A stretch of DNA of 42,174 nucleotides, taken from positions 1 through 42,174 of the forward strand of contig JBCKWP010000001.1 of NCBI GenBank assembly GCA_038922455.1. Reading direction: 5' to 3'. This document shows, one piece after another, positions 20,644 to 30,901 of this stretch. The position numbers and the translations under genes are program-made. Within the stretch, counting starts at the first letter, position 1. Each line of letters begins with the position of its first letter. Under the pieces are notes generated by a model, which worked only from the letters and a program-made list of their open reading frames with translations, made no database searches and had not been told where the DNA came from. This stretch comes from Methylobacter sp. Its GTDB lineage: Bacteria; Pseudomonadota; Gammaproteobacteria; Methylococcales; Methylomonadaceae.

Positions 20644-21525
20644 ATGGCAGTGTACTTAGAACCTGAGAACAACATCAACATGGACAAAGATCCCGAACAA
20701 AAAGAATTTTTATTTACGCCGTCTGACTTTGAGCGTATCCGCACCCTGCTGTACCAGCACAGTGGCATCAAACTCAACGATAGCAAAATGGATATGGTGT
20801 ATGGTCGCCTGGCCAGGCGCTTGCGTGCCACTGGACTGACATCGTTTAAAGACTATCTGGCAAGGCTGGAACAAGATCAGGGCGATGAATGGGAGGTTTT
20901 CATCAACTCTCTCACCACCAACCTGACGGCATTTTTCCGTGAACCCCATCATTTCCCACTGCTCAAGGAATATGTCCTGAGTTTGCACAAGCGCCCCCTG
21001 CGCTTGTGGTGTTCGGCCTCGTCCACGGGCGAGGAAGCCTATACCATGGCTATGAGTATGGTGGACGCTTTCGGCAGCTATAAACCGCCTGTGGAAATCA
21101 TCGCCACCGATATCGACACTCATGTGCTAAACAAAGCTAAAGTCGGTATTTATCCGCTGGATAGGGTGGGAAAGCTGCCGCCGGAAACTCTCAAACGCTT
21201 CTTTCTCAGGGGCACGGGAAACAACGCCAACCATGTTAAGGTACGCAAGGAGTTATGCGATTTGATCAGCTTCCGCCAGCTCAACTTGCTAGATACCGAC
21301 TGGCCTATTAACGGGAAATTCGATGTCATTTTCTGCCGTAACGTCATGATCTATTTTGATAAGGATACCCAATATAAAATTCTCAAGCGTTTTGCGCCGA
21401 TGCTGGAGCCACACGGATTGTTGTTCGCCGGTCACTCGGAAAGCCTGCATCATGCGGCTGACTTATTCAAATTGCGTGGACAGACCGTCTACGAGCTCAC
21501 CCCGCAAACCCGACATTCACGGTAA
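20644..21525 (+). CDS. cheR: chemotaxis methyltransferase CheR
   Basis: LTTNLTAFFRE.HHF, SSTGEEAY, FCRNVMIYFD and GHSE motifs; start may be 20680. Confidence 0.96.
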   Translation: MAVYLEPENNINMDKDPEQKEFLFTPSDFERIRTLLYQHSGIKLNDSKMDMVYGRLARRLRATGLTSFKDYLARLEQDQGDEWEVFINSLTTNLTAFFREPHHFPLLKEYVLSLHKRPLRLWCSASSTGEEAYTMAMSMVDAFGSYKPPVEIIATDIDTHVLNKAKVGIYPLDRVGKLPPETLKRFFLRGTGNNANHVKVRKELCDLISFRQLNLLDTDWPINGKFDVIFCRNVMIYFDKDTQYKILKRFAPMLEPHGLLFAGHSESLHHAADLFKLRGQTVYELTPQTRHSR

Positions 21526-21539
21526 GAAAGCGGCAGCTA

Positions 21540-22184
21540 GTGACCGCCAAAGCCAGAGTTGATCCGCTCATGCCTTCATCCGATGGGTCCGACCAGGATC
21601 CAGAACCTAATTTATATTATGACGAATATTTCAATATCGATGCGGTCAAGATTTTACCCGGTGAATATTATGCCACCGCACGCCCCATGCTCATCGTTAC
21701 CGTGCTGGGTTCCTGTGTTGCCGCCTGCATCCGGGATAAAGTCAGCGGTATTAGCGGTATGAATCACTTCATGTTGCCGGCGGCCAGTGCTTTCGAAGAA
21801 CCCGTCAACGATTCTGCCTGCTATGGGACTTATGCGATGGTAGCTCTCATCAATCAGTTACTTGAAATGGGCGCGCAGCGGAGAAGCCTGGAAGCCAAGA
21901 TATTCGGCGGCGGCAATCTGCTAAAAGACTGCAAGACTGCCCGCGTCGGTGAACGTAATGCCTCATTCGTACGCAATTATCTGAAGCTAGAACAAATACC
22001 TATCGTGGCGGAAGATTTACTTGGCATTTATCCACGTAAAGTCTACTTTTTCACGGATCATGGCAAGGTCATGGTTAAAAAGTTAATAAGGTTGCACAAC
22101 AACACCATTACTCAGCGTGAGCAGGAACACTGCGAACGGATGCTCAACGAGAAAGTTTTCAGCGACACAGTGGATTTGTTTTGA
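21540..22184 (+). CDS. cheD: chemoreceptor glutamine deamidase CheD (second copy)
   Basis: KILPGEYY, TVLGSCVAAC and MNHFMLP motifs. Confidence 0.94.
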   Translation: MTAKARVDPLMPSSDGSDQDPEPNLYYDEYFNIDAVKILPGEYYATARPMLIVTVLGSCVAACIRDKVSGISGMNHFMLPAASAFEEPVNDSACYGTYAMVALINQLLEMGAQRRSLEAKIFGGGNLLKDCKTARVGERNASFVRNYLKLEQIPIVAEDLLGIYPRKVYFFTDHGKVMVKKLIRLHNNTITQREQEHCERMLNEKVFSDTVDLF

Positions 22185-22244
22185 TGCTACGAAATTGAGC
22201 TTGAACGGTTCACGGCATATCGCAACTGATTTTTTAGAATGTCA

Positions 22245-22344
22245 AGGCGTGTAATGTCCGATAAAATAGCGACCCTTATCAAAAAAAAATAACGGGTAAA
22301 AAACAAGCTAAAAAATTATTCTTTCTCTATTTGTAACGCAATAA
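22245..22344 (+). pseudogene. probable 3' remnant of fliL
   Basis: With two frameshifts reads RRVMSDKIATLI/KITGKKQAKKLFFL/FVTQ*, ending 4 nt before fliM; FliL typically ends LF.T.FV.Q. Confidence 0.6.
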
Positions 22345-22348
22345 ATAT

Positions 22349-23332
22349 ATGGCTGATTTACTTTCACAAGAAGAAATTAATGCGCTGCTCCAGGGTATGG
22401 ATGATGGTGATATTGATACTGAGACTGAAACCGATGAGCTTCACCAGGTAAGTGAGGCCAAAAAATACGATTTTGGCAGCTATGAAAGGATTATTCTCAG
22501 GCGTATTCCAGCCCTTGAAATGATTAATGAACGGTTCTACAAATCTTTACGTGCAGCACTGTTCAAATTTCTACGCCGTTCGCCGGAAGTTTTCATGTCA
22601 GGTATTCAGATTAAGCCGTTTTCCGAATATATAGACGATTTGCATGTACCCACCAATTTGAATGTTATTCGATTTGCTCCGTTGCGTGGGCGGGCATTGA
22701 TAGTCATCGAACCGAGTTTAATTTTTACTGTGGTAGATAATTTTTTTGGTGGTGGCGGACAGTTTAATGATGACTCAACGCAGGATCGAGAATTTTCAAT
22801 GACTGAAATGCGGATCGTTCGCCTGCTCCTTGATATGATTTTGAAAACGCTAAAGGAAGCCTGGTCTCCGGTTATGGAACTCAACTTTGAATATCTGAGT
22901 TCAGAAATCAATCCAAGTTTTGCCAGCATTGTGGGTGCCAAAGACATTGTGGTTATCTCTACCATTAATGTCGCATTAGAGAGCGGCAGCGGAGATATTA
23001 ATATTGTCATGCCATCATCGATGATTGAATCGATCAGAGCTTTATTGGATACTTTTGGCGATAACTCGGGCGAATCTGATGTGCAATGGAAGCTTGCAGT
23101 ACGCAATGAACTTCTGGCAACAGAGCTGAGTGTGGATGGTCTCCTGGTGCAAAAAAGCCTATCCATAAGAGAGGTCTTACAGTTGAAAAAAGGGGATGTA
23201 ATATCTGTTGACATGCCGAAAACGGTGCTGCTTAAGTCCGAAGGTGTCCCTCTGTTTACCGGTGATGCCTGTACTTCGGAGGGTTATTATGCTGTGCAGA
23301 TTATTGATAAGGTAAAGCATGAATCAATCTGA
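22349..23332 (+). CDS. fliM: flagellar motor switch protein FliM
   Basis: LLSQEEINALL CheY-binding N-terminus, FFGG, SpoA C-terminal domain. Confidence 0.96.
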   Translation: MADLLSQEEINALLQGMDDGDIDTETETDELHQVSEAKKYDFGSYERIILRRIPALEMINERFYKSLRAALFKFLRRSPEVFMSGIQIKPFSEYIDDLHVPTNLNVIRFAPLRGRALIVIEPSLIFTVVDNFFGGGGQFNDDSTQDREFSMTEMRIVRLLLDMILKTLKEAWSPVMELNFEYLSSEINPSFASIVGAKDIVVISTINVALESGSGDINIVMPSSMIESIRALLDTFGDNSGESDVQWKLAVRNELLATELSVDGLLVQKSLSIREVLQLKKGDVISVDMPKTVLLKSEGVPLFTGDACTSEGYYAVQIIDKVKHESI

Positions 23333-23409
23333 AGCAGTTCAGATGTAAGCGTTCAGGTTTTGACAATAACGATAAGTAGGTACCCATAACTGTTTTAACA
23401 AAACCCTGA

Positions 23410-23458
23410 TGTAGGAGCGGCTTTAGCCGCGAGTGTCGCGGCTAAAGCCGCTCCTACA
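23410..23458. repeat. GTAG-type REP perfect inverted pair
   Basis: TGTAGGAGCGGCTTTAGCCGCGA-GTG-TCGCGGCTAAAGCCGCTCCTACA. Confidence 0.9.
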
Positions 23459-23504
23459 GATTGTTAAACAACTTTTTGATTCATTACTTAGGAATGTGAA
23501 AAAA

Positions 23505-23870
23505 ATGAGTGAAGAACCCATTGAAACTATTGATGAAGTTAAGGCATCTGTATTTCAGGAAGTTAATAGACCGGTTGAAAGTGAAACATCATCAGCAACC
23601 TCGACAGAGGAGATTAATCTTGATGTTGTCCTGGATGTTCCGGTTACCCTTTCCATGGAAATTGGCCGAACACGGATTAATATCAGAAATATTTTGCAGT
23701 TAAATAAAGGCTCGGTTGTTGAGCTGGATCGTTATGCGGGAGAACCGCTTGACGTTTTGGTGAACGGCACACTGATAGCTCATGGCGAAGTCGTGGTGAT
23801 CAATGATAAATTCGGTATTCGTTTAACAGATGTCATCAGCCTATCAGAACGGGTCAAAAGACTAGCCTGA
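23505..23870 (+). CDS. fliN: flagellar motor switch protein FliN
   Basis: LDVPVTLSMEIG and AHGEVVVINDKFGIRLTD motifs. Confidence 0.95.
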   Translation: MSEEPIETIDEVKASVFQEVNRPVESETSSATSTEEINLDVVLDVPVTLSMEIGRTRINIRNILQLNKGSVVELDRYAGEPLDVLVNGTLIAHGEVVVINDKFGIRLTDVISLSERVKRLA

Positions 23871-24310
23871 TGCCGGTAAGAATAATCGTGTGCGGGCTTT
23901 TATTTTTGTGGTTTCCTGTCGCCGCCATGCCGGGTACGGATATTCAAAAACAGACCGTCAGAACCGTGGCTTCCGGAGATATTGCTGCGTGGAGCATGGG
24001 CTTACTGATAGTCTTAAGTATTTTTTTCCTCTGTGTTTGGGGGGTACGTAAGCTAAATGGATTAACCGTTAGCGGCGCAGAAAAAATGCGCGTGATCGGA
24101 GGGGTATCGTTAGGCGTGCGGGAAAAAGTCATTTTGCTACAGGTTGGCAAAAAACAGCTCGTTCTAGGCGTGACGCCGGGGCGCATTGAAACCCTGCACG
24201 TTTTGGAGGGTGATGATTGCTTGATTAAGGAAGAAACCGTGTCCACGACTGCGGAAACAGGCTTTGCGCAAAAATTGCTGCAAGCGATAAAGGCTCGCTC
24301 TGATGCGTAG
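23870..24310 (+). CDS. fliO: flagellar biosynthesis protein FliO
   Basis: TM segment then [14 protein letters not shown]...LGVT; lies between fliN and fliP. Confidence 0.9.
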   Translation: MPVRIIVCGLLFLWFPVAAMPGTDIQKQTVRTVASGDIAAWSMGLLIVLSIFFLCVWGVRKLNGLTVSGAEKMRVIGGVSLGVREKVILLQVGKKQLVLGVTPGRIETLHVLEGDDCLIKEETVSTTAETGFAQKLLQAIKARSDA

Positions 24311-25061
24311 GCGTATGTTGTTGCCGTTATTTATTATTGGCCTTGTCTTGCTGTTGATTGAAACGCCTGGGTACGCCGCAGCAGGCATTGAAGCGGTCAC
24401 TGTGACTACCAATAAACAAGGCGGCCAGACTTATAGCGTAACCCTCCAGATTCTGGCGTTAATGACCCTGTTAACGGTGTTGCCGGCGTTGCTGCTGACC
24501 ATGACCTCATTCACTCGAATCATGATCGTTTTAAGTTTGCTGCGTACAGCTTTAGGTACTGGACAGGCGCCCAGTAACCAGGTGTTATTAGGCTTGTCTC
24601 TGTTTTTGACAATTTTCATTATGATGCCGGTTTTTGATAAGGTGAATACTGAAGCCGTCCAGCCTTATTTGGAAGAGAAAATTGACGTGACTGTCGCCAT
24701 TGAAAAGGCGTCCGAGCCGTTCAGGCAATTTATGCTCAAACAGACCCGAGAGGCTGATTTGGAATTGTTTATTAGGATTTCCGGCAAGGCGGAGCTGGAG
24801 TCGGCGGCTAATGTGCCGTTTTCGTTATTGCTGCCAGCGTTTGTCACCAGTGAATTGAAAACGGCATTCCAAATTGGTTTTTTGATTTTCTTGCCTTTCT
24901 TGATCATCGATTTGGTGGTCGCCAGTGTACTGATGTCGATGGGTATGATGATGATGTCGCCGATGATTATTTCCCTGCCCTTTAAAATAATGTTGTTTGT
25001 TCTCGCTGACGGCTGGTCGTTGATTATGGAAATGTTGGCGGCAAGTTTTTATGTTGCGTAG
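24303..25061 (+). CDS. fliP: export gate protein FliP
   Basis: [22 protein letters not shown] and MGMMM..P motifs. Confidence 0.97.
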   Translation: MRRRMLLPLFIIGLVLLLIETPGYAAAGIEAVTVTTNKQGGQTYSVTLQILALMTLLTVLPALLLTMTSFTRIMIVLSLLRTALGTGQAPSNQVLLGLSLFLTIFIMMPVFDKVNTEAVQPYLEEKIDVTVAIEKASEPFRQFMLKQTREADLELFIRISGKAELESAANVPFSLLLPAFVTSELKTAFQIGFLIFLPFLIIDLVVASVLMSMGMMMMSPMIISLPFKIMLFVLADGWSLIMEMLAASFYVA

Positions 25062-25133
25062 GGGGCGAAGCTTCCACTCCATGCAATATCTGTCCATGCA
25101 GCCGTGCTCACGCCCCTCACCTACAGGCGGTAA

Positions 25134-25406
25134 ATGATGGTTCCTGAAACTGTTTTTATGGTTGGCCAAGAGGCGATGATGGTTGCTATCAAGCTGACTG
25201 CGCCGGTGTTGCTGCCCTCTTTGGCAGTGGGTCTGATTGTCGCGATGTTTCAGGCGGCCACCCAGATTAATGAGGCGACCTTGACATTTGTGCCCAAGGC
25301 AATCGTTATAGGTCTGGTTCTGATGATTATGGGGCCGGGAATGCTGCAAATGTTCCTTGATTATTTTCAAGGATTGATCAGGGATATTCCGCATTTAATT
25401 GGCTAA
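25134..25406 (+). CDS. fliQ: export gate protein FliQ
   Basis: FQAATQINEATLTFVPK motif. Confidence 0.96.
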   Translation: MMVPETVFMVGQEAMMVAIKLTAPVLLPSLAVGLIVAMFQAATQINEATLTFVPKAIVIGLVLMIMGPGMLQMFLDYFQGLIRDIPHLIG

Positions 25407-25409
25407 GCG

Positions 25410-26195
25410 TTGAACTTTACCGAAGAGCAAATTCTCGGCCAAGTGGCCTTATTTATATGGCCGTTGATGCGCATTAGTGCGCTGTTTGTATCCATGCCGT
25501 TGTTTAGTATTCACGCCGTGCCGGCCCGTGTCAGGCTGATTCTTTCGGTGGTAATAACGCTAGTCGTCATGCCTTTGCTTCCCGCATTGCCGGCTGTCGA
25601 AATGTTCAGTTACACCGGATTTATGATGGCTATTGCACAGGTCGTGATCGGTTTGACCAGTGGTTTTATTCTACAGTTAGTTTTTGCAGCGGTTGTTTTT
25701 GCCGGGCAAGGCATCGCTTTAAGTATGGGCCTGGGGTTTTCGATGATGGTCGATCCGCAAAATGGCCAGCAGGTGCCGGTGGTTGCACAGATTTATACCG
25801 TGACCACGACGTTAATTTTTATCAGTTTGGATGGACACTTGTTGTTGATACAAATGCTGCTGGATAGCTTTAAAAGCTTACCCATTAGTGTTGACGGTAT
25901 CGATAAGGCGGGTATCTGGTCAATTATCGTTTGGAGTGGGCAGATGTTTTCAGGAGGCTTATTGTTGGCTATGCCGGTCATTGCCAGCCTGTTGTTGGTT
26001 AATGTTATTTTTGGGGTGGCTGCCAGATCGGCACCGCAATTACAGATTTTTTCGGTAGGCTTTCCGGTAACCTTGATGCTGGGCATGCTGTTGATTTGGA
26101 AAACATTACCCGATGTGCTGGACCAATTTTCCGGGCTATTAACCGATGCCTACGATTTGATCGGGGCAGTTGTTGCGGTTGTAGATTATGGCTGA
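25410..26195 (+). CDS. fliR: export gate protein FliR
   Basis: MGLGFS..VDP, DGHL and APQLQIFSVGFP motifs. Confidence 0.95.
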   Translation: MNFTEEQILGQVALFIWPLMRISALFVSMPLFSIHAVPARVRLILSVVITLVVMPLLPALPAVEMFSYTGFMMAIAQVVIGLTSGFILQLVFAAVVFAGQGIALSMGLGFSMMVDPQNGQQVPVVAQIYTVTTTLIFISLDGHLLLIQMLLDSFKSLPISVDGIDKAGIWSIIVWSGQMFSGGLLLAMPVIASLLLVNVIFGVAARSAPQLQIFSVGFPVTLMLGMLLIWKTLPDVLDQFSGLLTDAYDLIGAVVAVVDYG

Positions 26196-27318
26196 AGATT
26201 CAGATCAAGAAAAAACCGAAGAACCCACCGGCAAGCGTTTAGAAGACGCCCGGAAAAAAGGCCAGATTGCCCGTTCCAGAGAACTTAATACCTTTGCCAT
26301 GATGATAGCCAGTGCAACGATGTTGCTTATGCAGGGCGAGAAAATAGGCAAAGGTTTGATAGAAATGATGCGGGCTGAGTTTCAAGTAAGCCGCGCAATC
26401 ATTTTTGATCCGGCCAGTACTGCGCTGCATTTTAAGCAGGCGATGATTGACGGCGCTCTGCTGCTGGCACCATTTTTAGCGCTGACGGTTATTGTTGCCA
26501 TTATTGCCCCCATATCAATGGGCGGTTGGATATTTAGCTGGGACGCTATTTCGCCCAAGCTGGAAAAAATGGATCCTATTAAGGGCATACCCCGACTGTT
26601 CGGCATGCATGGATTCATAGAGATGCTTAAAGCTCTGTTGAAAATTTGTTTGGTCTTTGGCGTCTCGGTTATTTTGTACAAAGCTTATATCGGTGAATTG
26701 CTGGGTTTGGATGCTGAGCCACAAGAGCAGGCAATCACTCATGCACTCAATATCATCGGTATGTGCCTGTTGCTGCTCAGTGCCTCATTGGTATCGATTG
26801 CCATGATTGACGTGCCTTATCAGTTGTGGGATCACAGTAAAAAGTTGAAAATGACCTTGCAGGAAATCAAGGATGAACATAAGGAATCCGAAGGCAGTCC
26901 CGAAATGAAGGGGCGGCAGCGCCAGATGCAAAGGGAGTTGGCGCAAAACCGGATGATGTCAGAAGTGCCAAAAGCTGATGTTATTGTCACCAATCCCAGT
27001 CATTATGCGGTCGCTTTAAGATATGATCAGGGTGGCAATGGTGCGCCAAAACTGGTCGCCAAGGGTGTCGATTTGATCGCCGCCCACATCCGTAATGTGG
27101 CGATAGGTGCTGATGTGCCGCTGGTCGCATCGCCGCCTTTGGCCAGAGCCTTGTATTATTCGACGGAAATAGATAAAGAAATACCCAAGGAACTTTATTT
27201 AGCCGTGGCTCAGGTGCTGGCCTATATTTATCAATTAAATATCGCCAGGGAAAATTACTGGGATGAGCCGCTTCCACCGGGAAATATTAACGTGCCTGAA
27301 GAATTTAGACGGGATTAA
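26188..27318 (+). CDS. flhB: export switch protein FlhB
   Basis: EKTEEPT N-terminus; TNPSHYAVAL autocleavage site. Confidence 0.96.
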   Translation: MAEDSDQEKTEEPTGKRLEDARKKGQIARSRELNTFAMMIASATMLLMQGEKIGKGLIEMMRAEFQVSRAIIFDPASTALHFKQAMIDGALLLAPFLALTVIVAIIAPISMGGWIFSWDAISPKLEKMDPIKGIPRLFGMHGFIEMLKALLKICLVFGVSVILYKAYIGELLGLDAEPQEQAITHALNIIGMCLLLLSASLVSIAMIDVPYQLWDHSKKLKMTLQEIKDEHKESEGSPEMKGRQRQMQRELAQNRMMSEVPKADVIVTNPSHYAVALRYDQGGNGAPKLVAKGVDLIAAHIRNVAIGADVPLVASPPLARALYYSTEIDKEIPKELYLAVAQVLAYIYQLNIARENYWDEPLPPGNINVPEEFRRD

Positions 27319-27324
27319 TAAGGT

Positions 27325-29418
27325 ATGGATTTTACTAAATTAAAAGCCATGTTGGCGGCGCTGGGTAAAGCCGAGTTGGGTGCGCCTTTAGTGATCGTCA
27401 TGGTTTTGTCGATGCTGATCATTCCGTTGCCGGCATTCGTACTGGATCTGTTTTTTACCTTTAATATCGCCTTTTCGTTAATCATCCTACTGGTCGTCGT
27501 TTATACGCTTAAACCGCTGGAATTTGCCTCATTTCCGACCGTTATTCTGCTCGCGACTATCTTACGCCTGGCGCTGAACGTGGCTTCTACGCGTGTGGTA
27601 TTGATTGATGGGCATAAGGGTGGCGATGCGGCCGGTAAGGTGATTGAAGCCTTTGGCGCTTTTGTTATCGGCGGTAACCTTGCCGTGGGCATAGTCGTTT
27701 TTGCGATACTCGTGATTATCAATTTCATGGTCGTTACCAAAGGTGCCGGGCGTATTGCCGAAGTCGGGGCACGATTTACGCTGGATGCGATGCCCGGCAA
27801 GCAGATGGCGATTGACGCGGATTTGAATGCCGGATTGCTGACGCAGGATGAAGCCCGAGAGCGGCGCGCTGAAGTGGCTACTGAAGCGGATTTTTACGGC
27901 TCTATGGACGGTGCCAGTAAATTTGTTCGGGGCGATGCGATTGCCGGCATTATTATTTTATTTGTCAATATGATTGGCGGCTTGATTATTGGTGTTCTTC
28001 AGCACGACTTGAGTTTTGCCGAAGCAGGAAAGATTTATGTCTTACTGTCGATCGGCGATGGACTGGTCGCTCAAATTCCTTCCTTGTTATTGTCGGTTGC
28101 GTCTGCGCTGGTGGTCACCAAGGTGGGCAGCACCAATCAAAATATCGGTCAACAGGTTACCGCGCAGCTATTTGCCAACCCCAAGGCTTTGACAGTTACT
28201 GCAGTCGTGGTAGGTGCGCTGGGTATTATTCCCGGCATGCCTAATCTGGTCTTTATCTTGCTGGCTTCTACTTTAGCCGGCGCCGCCTATTTGATGGATA
28301 AGAAACATAAAGAAGCTGAGCTTGTAGACATCCATTACCCACAGGAACACACCCATGCCACTCCCGAGATTAAAGAGCTGGGTTGGGATGATGTGATGCC
28401 CGTTGATATTGTTGGCCTAGAAGTAGGTTATCGGCTTATTCCATTAGTCGACAAGAATCAGGGCGGGCAATTGATGACCCGTATTAAAGGTGTGCGAAAA
28501 AAACTATCTCAAGAGTTGGGCTTTTTAATTCCATCGGTGCATATTCGGGATAACCTTGATTTAAGTCCAACAGCCTACCGGATTTCGCTGATGGGCGTGA
28601 CGGTAGGAGAATCTGAAATTATGCCAGAAATGGAGATGGCAATTAATCCGGGACGGGTGTTCGGTACCTTGCAGGGCAAAGCGTGTCAAGACCCCGCCTT
28701 TGGTCTGGATGCCGTATGGATAGAGCCGAGCCAGAAAGATCATGCGCAAACCCTGGGTTATACCGTAGTTGATCCTGGTACCGTAGTGGCCACCCATCTT
28801 AGCCATCTTTTGCAAGCACATGCGCATGAATTATTCGGGTATGAAGATACGCAGAAATTACTCGAAAATCTGGCTAAATCAGCGCCTAAACTGGTTGAGG
28901 ATTTGGTGCCGAAAATCATGCCATTGGGTTTGATAGTCAAGGTGTTGCAAAACTTGTTAGAAGAACGCGTACCTATCCGTGATATGCGCAGTATTGCCGA
29001 AACTTTGGCGGAATATGGCGTTAAGAGTCAAGATCCCGACATCTTGACCTCTGCAGTTCGCTCCTCATTAGGCCGATTAATTATTCATGAAATCAGTGGC
29101 ATACAAAATGAGTTGCCGGTTATAACCCTGGATTACGAGCTGGAACAGTTATTGCATAAGTCTCTACAGACGGCGGGCGAAAATGGTGCCGGCATTGAAC
29201 CAGGGTTAACAGAGCAAATGCACAAATCATTACAGGAAAGTACGCAAAAAATGGAAATGGAAGGACAAGCAGCCGTGTTGTTGGTGTCTTCTTATGTCCG
29301 CCCTTGGTTATCCAGATTCGTTCGTCATTCAATCTCCGGATTACATGTCCTAGCATACAACGAAATACCTGCTGATCGTCAGATCAAAGTGGTTTCAACT
29401 GTCGGGCGACGTACCTAA
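27325..29418 (+). CDS. flhA: flagellar biosynthesis protein FlhA
   Basis: RFTLDAMPGKQMAIDADL and FYGSMDGASKFVRGDA motifs. Confidence 0.98.
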   Translation: MDFTKLKAMLAALGKAELGAPLVIVMVLSMLIIPLPAFVLDLFFTFNIAFSLIILLVVVYTLKPLEFASFPTVILLATILRLALNVASTRVVLIDGHKGGDAAGKVIEAFGAFVIGGNLAVGIVVFAILVIINFMVVTKGAGRIAEVGARFTLDAMPGKQMAIDADLNAGLLTQDEARERRAEVATEADFYGSMDGASKFVRGDAIAGIIILFVNMIGGLIIGVLQHDLSFAEAGKIYVLLSIGDGLVAQIPSLLLSVASALVVTKVGSTNQNIGQQVTAQLFANPKALTVTAVVVGALGIIPGMPNLVFILLASTLAGAAYLMDKKHKEAELVDIHYPQEHTHATPEIKELGWDDVMPVDIVGLEVGYRLIPLVDKNQGGQLMTRIKGVRKKLSQELGFLIPSVHIRDNLDLSPTAYRISLMGVTVGESEIMPEMEMAINPGRVFGTLQGKACQDPAFGLDAVWIEPSQKDHAQTLGYTVVDPGTVVATHLSHLLQAHAHELFGYEDTQKLLENLAKSAPKLVEDLVPKIMPLGLIVKVLQNLLEERVPIRDMRSIAETLAEYGVKSQDPDILTSAVRSSLGRLIIHEISGIQNELPVITLDYELEQLLHKSLQTAGENGAGIEPGLTEQMHKSLQESTQKMEMEGQAAVLLVSSYVRPWLSRFVRHSISGLHVLAYNEIPADRQIKVVSTVGRRT

Positions 29419-29434
29419 TAAATGAGGCAGTACG

Positions 29435-30901
29435 ATGAAAATTAAACGTTTTTTTGCGGCAGATATACGCCAAGCCATGCGCATGGTTAAAGAAGAGTTT
29501 GGCGTAGATGCCGTCATCATGTCGAATCGGTCTGTTGACGGTGGTATTGAAATTGTTGCCGCTCAAGATTTTGATGAGCAGTCGATTCATAACAACTTAC
29601 AAGAACAGACTACTGGGCAACAACAGCCCTCGGAACATAACACTAAAAAAATTGTATTGCCTAATTTTGATGCGGCAAAAAAACGTCTACAACTATTGGA
29701 AAACCAGAATAAACAGTATGCGACTACTGCCGCGACTGAACAGCCAGTGCGGTCGAATCGGTTCCCTACCGATAACGACACTTCCGCCCTCCCCTTCGGC
29801 GGCGCTCAGGACAAGCATGGCAGTCGTCGAAATATTGACCAGTATGTGGGTTATGCGGAGAAAATGCAGTTACGCGGAAAACCGGAAATAACCCCGTCAA
29901 AAGTCAATGCGCATGCGTTCAATGAGGATCCGCTTAAGCACCTTAAAACCCAGGAAAAACAGGCCAGTTTATCCGATAAGCTGTTAATGGAAATGAGCCA
30001 TGAGCTGAAATACTTAAGAACGGTCATGGACACTAAGCTAGCAAGTATCAGTTGGGCACAAAATTCACAAACTACTCCAATTAGGACTGATTTGCTGGAA
30101 CGTTTAGCGAGTATGAGTATTTCAAAAAAACTGAGTGCTATGATTGCCGATCACTTTACTAACCACAGTGATCCTGAATTGGTTTTTACAAAAGCTCAGG
30201 AAATGTTGGTTAAAGTACTGCCCATAGCAGAAGATAATTTACTGGAAACGGGCGGTATTGTCGCTTTAGTCGGACCAACCGGCGTAGGCAAAACCACAAC
30301 CATTGCCAAGCTGGCCGCTAAATTTATTTTAAAACATGGTTCAAGCCAGGTTGCCTTGATTACGACAGATAATTATCGTATCGGGGCTCATGAACAGCTT
30401 AATACCTATGGCCGCATCCTCGATGTGCCGGTTCGGGTAGCCTCCAGCGCAGAAGAGTTACGCAATCTTATTGGTAGTTTTGCAGATAAGCGCCTTATTC
30501 TGATTGATACCGCTGGCATGAGCCATCGCGATATGAAACTGGTTGAACAAATTAATACCCTGCAACAAAATAAGTTATCCATCCGGTCTTATCTGGTGAT
30601 GTCTGCGGCGACGGAATACAAGGCAATGAATGCGATTATCAAGGCATTTTCGGTATTTGACCCGCAGGCGAGTATTTTAACTAAGCTTGATGAAGCGGTA
30701 ACGATGGGTTCGGCGATTTCTTCGATAATAGAACATAACCTGCCGTTGTCTTTTATTACCGATGGTCAACAGGTGCCGGAAGATCTCCATAGCCCTCATG
30801 CTCGCTCTTTAATCCAGCACTGTGTCGCTGAGTTGAATGCAGAAAGCAACTTTAATAATAATGTTGATTATGAACCGTGGATGATGCAAGGCTATGCCTA
30901 A
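29435..30901 (+). CDS. flhF: SRP-type GTPase FlhF
   Basis: GPTGVGKTTT, DTAG and TKLDE motifs. Confidence 0.96.
   Translation: MKIKRFFAADIRQAMRMVKEEFGVDAVIMSNRSVDGGIEIVAAQDFDEQSIHNNLQEQTTGQQQPSEHNTKKIVLPNFDAAKKRLQLLENQNKQYATTAATEQPVRSNRFPTDNDTSALPFGGAQDKHGSRRNIDQYVGYAEKMQLRGKPEITPSKVNAHAFNEDPLKHLKTQEKQASLSDKLLMEMSHELKYLRTVMDTKLASISWAQNSQTTPIRTDLLERLASMSISKKLSAMIADHFTNHSDPELVFTKAQEMLVKVLPIAEDNLLETGGIVALVGPTGVGKTTTIAKLAAKFILKHGSSQVALITTDNYRIGAHEQLNTYGRILDVPVRVASSAEELRNLIGSFADKRLILIDTAGMSHRDMKLVEQINTLQQNKLSIRSYLVMSAATEYKAMNAIIKAFSVFDPQASILTKLDEAVTMGSAISSIIEHNLPLSFITDGQQVPEDLHSPHARSLIQHCVAELNAESNFNNNVDYEPWMMQGYA

Noticed and set aside
22235-22265. sigma28 promoter upstream of fliM (TCCGATAA)
   Set aside because: No -35 at the correct spacing; better explained as fliL remnant sequence
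23433-23504. Extended fliN N-terminus
   Set aside because: Starts inside a REP palindrome; ATG at 23505 is preferred
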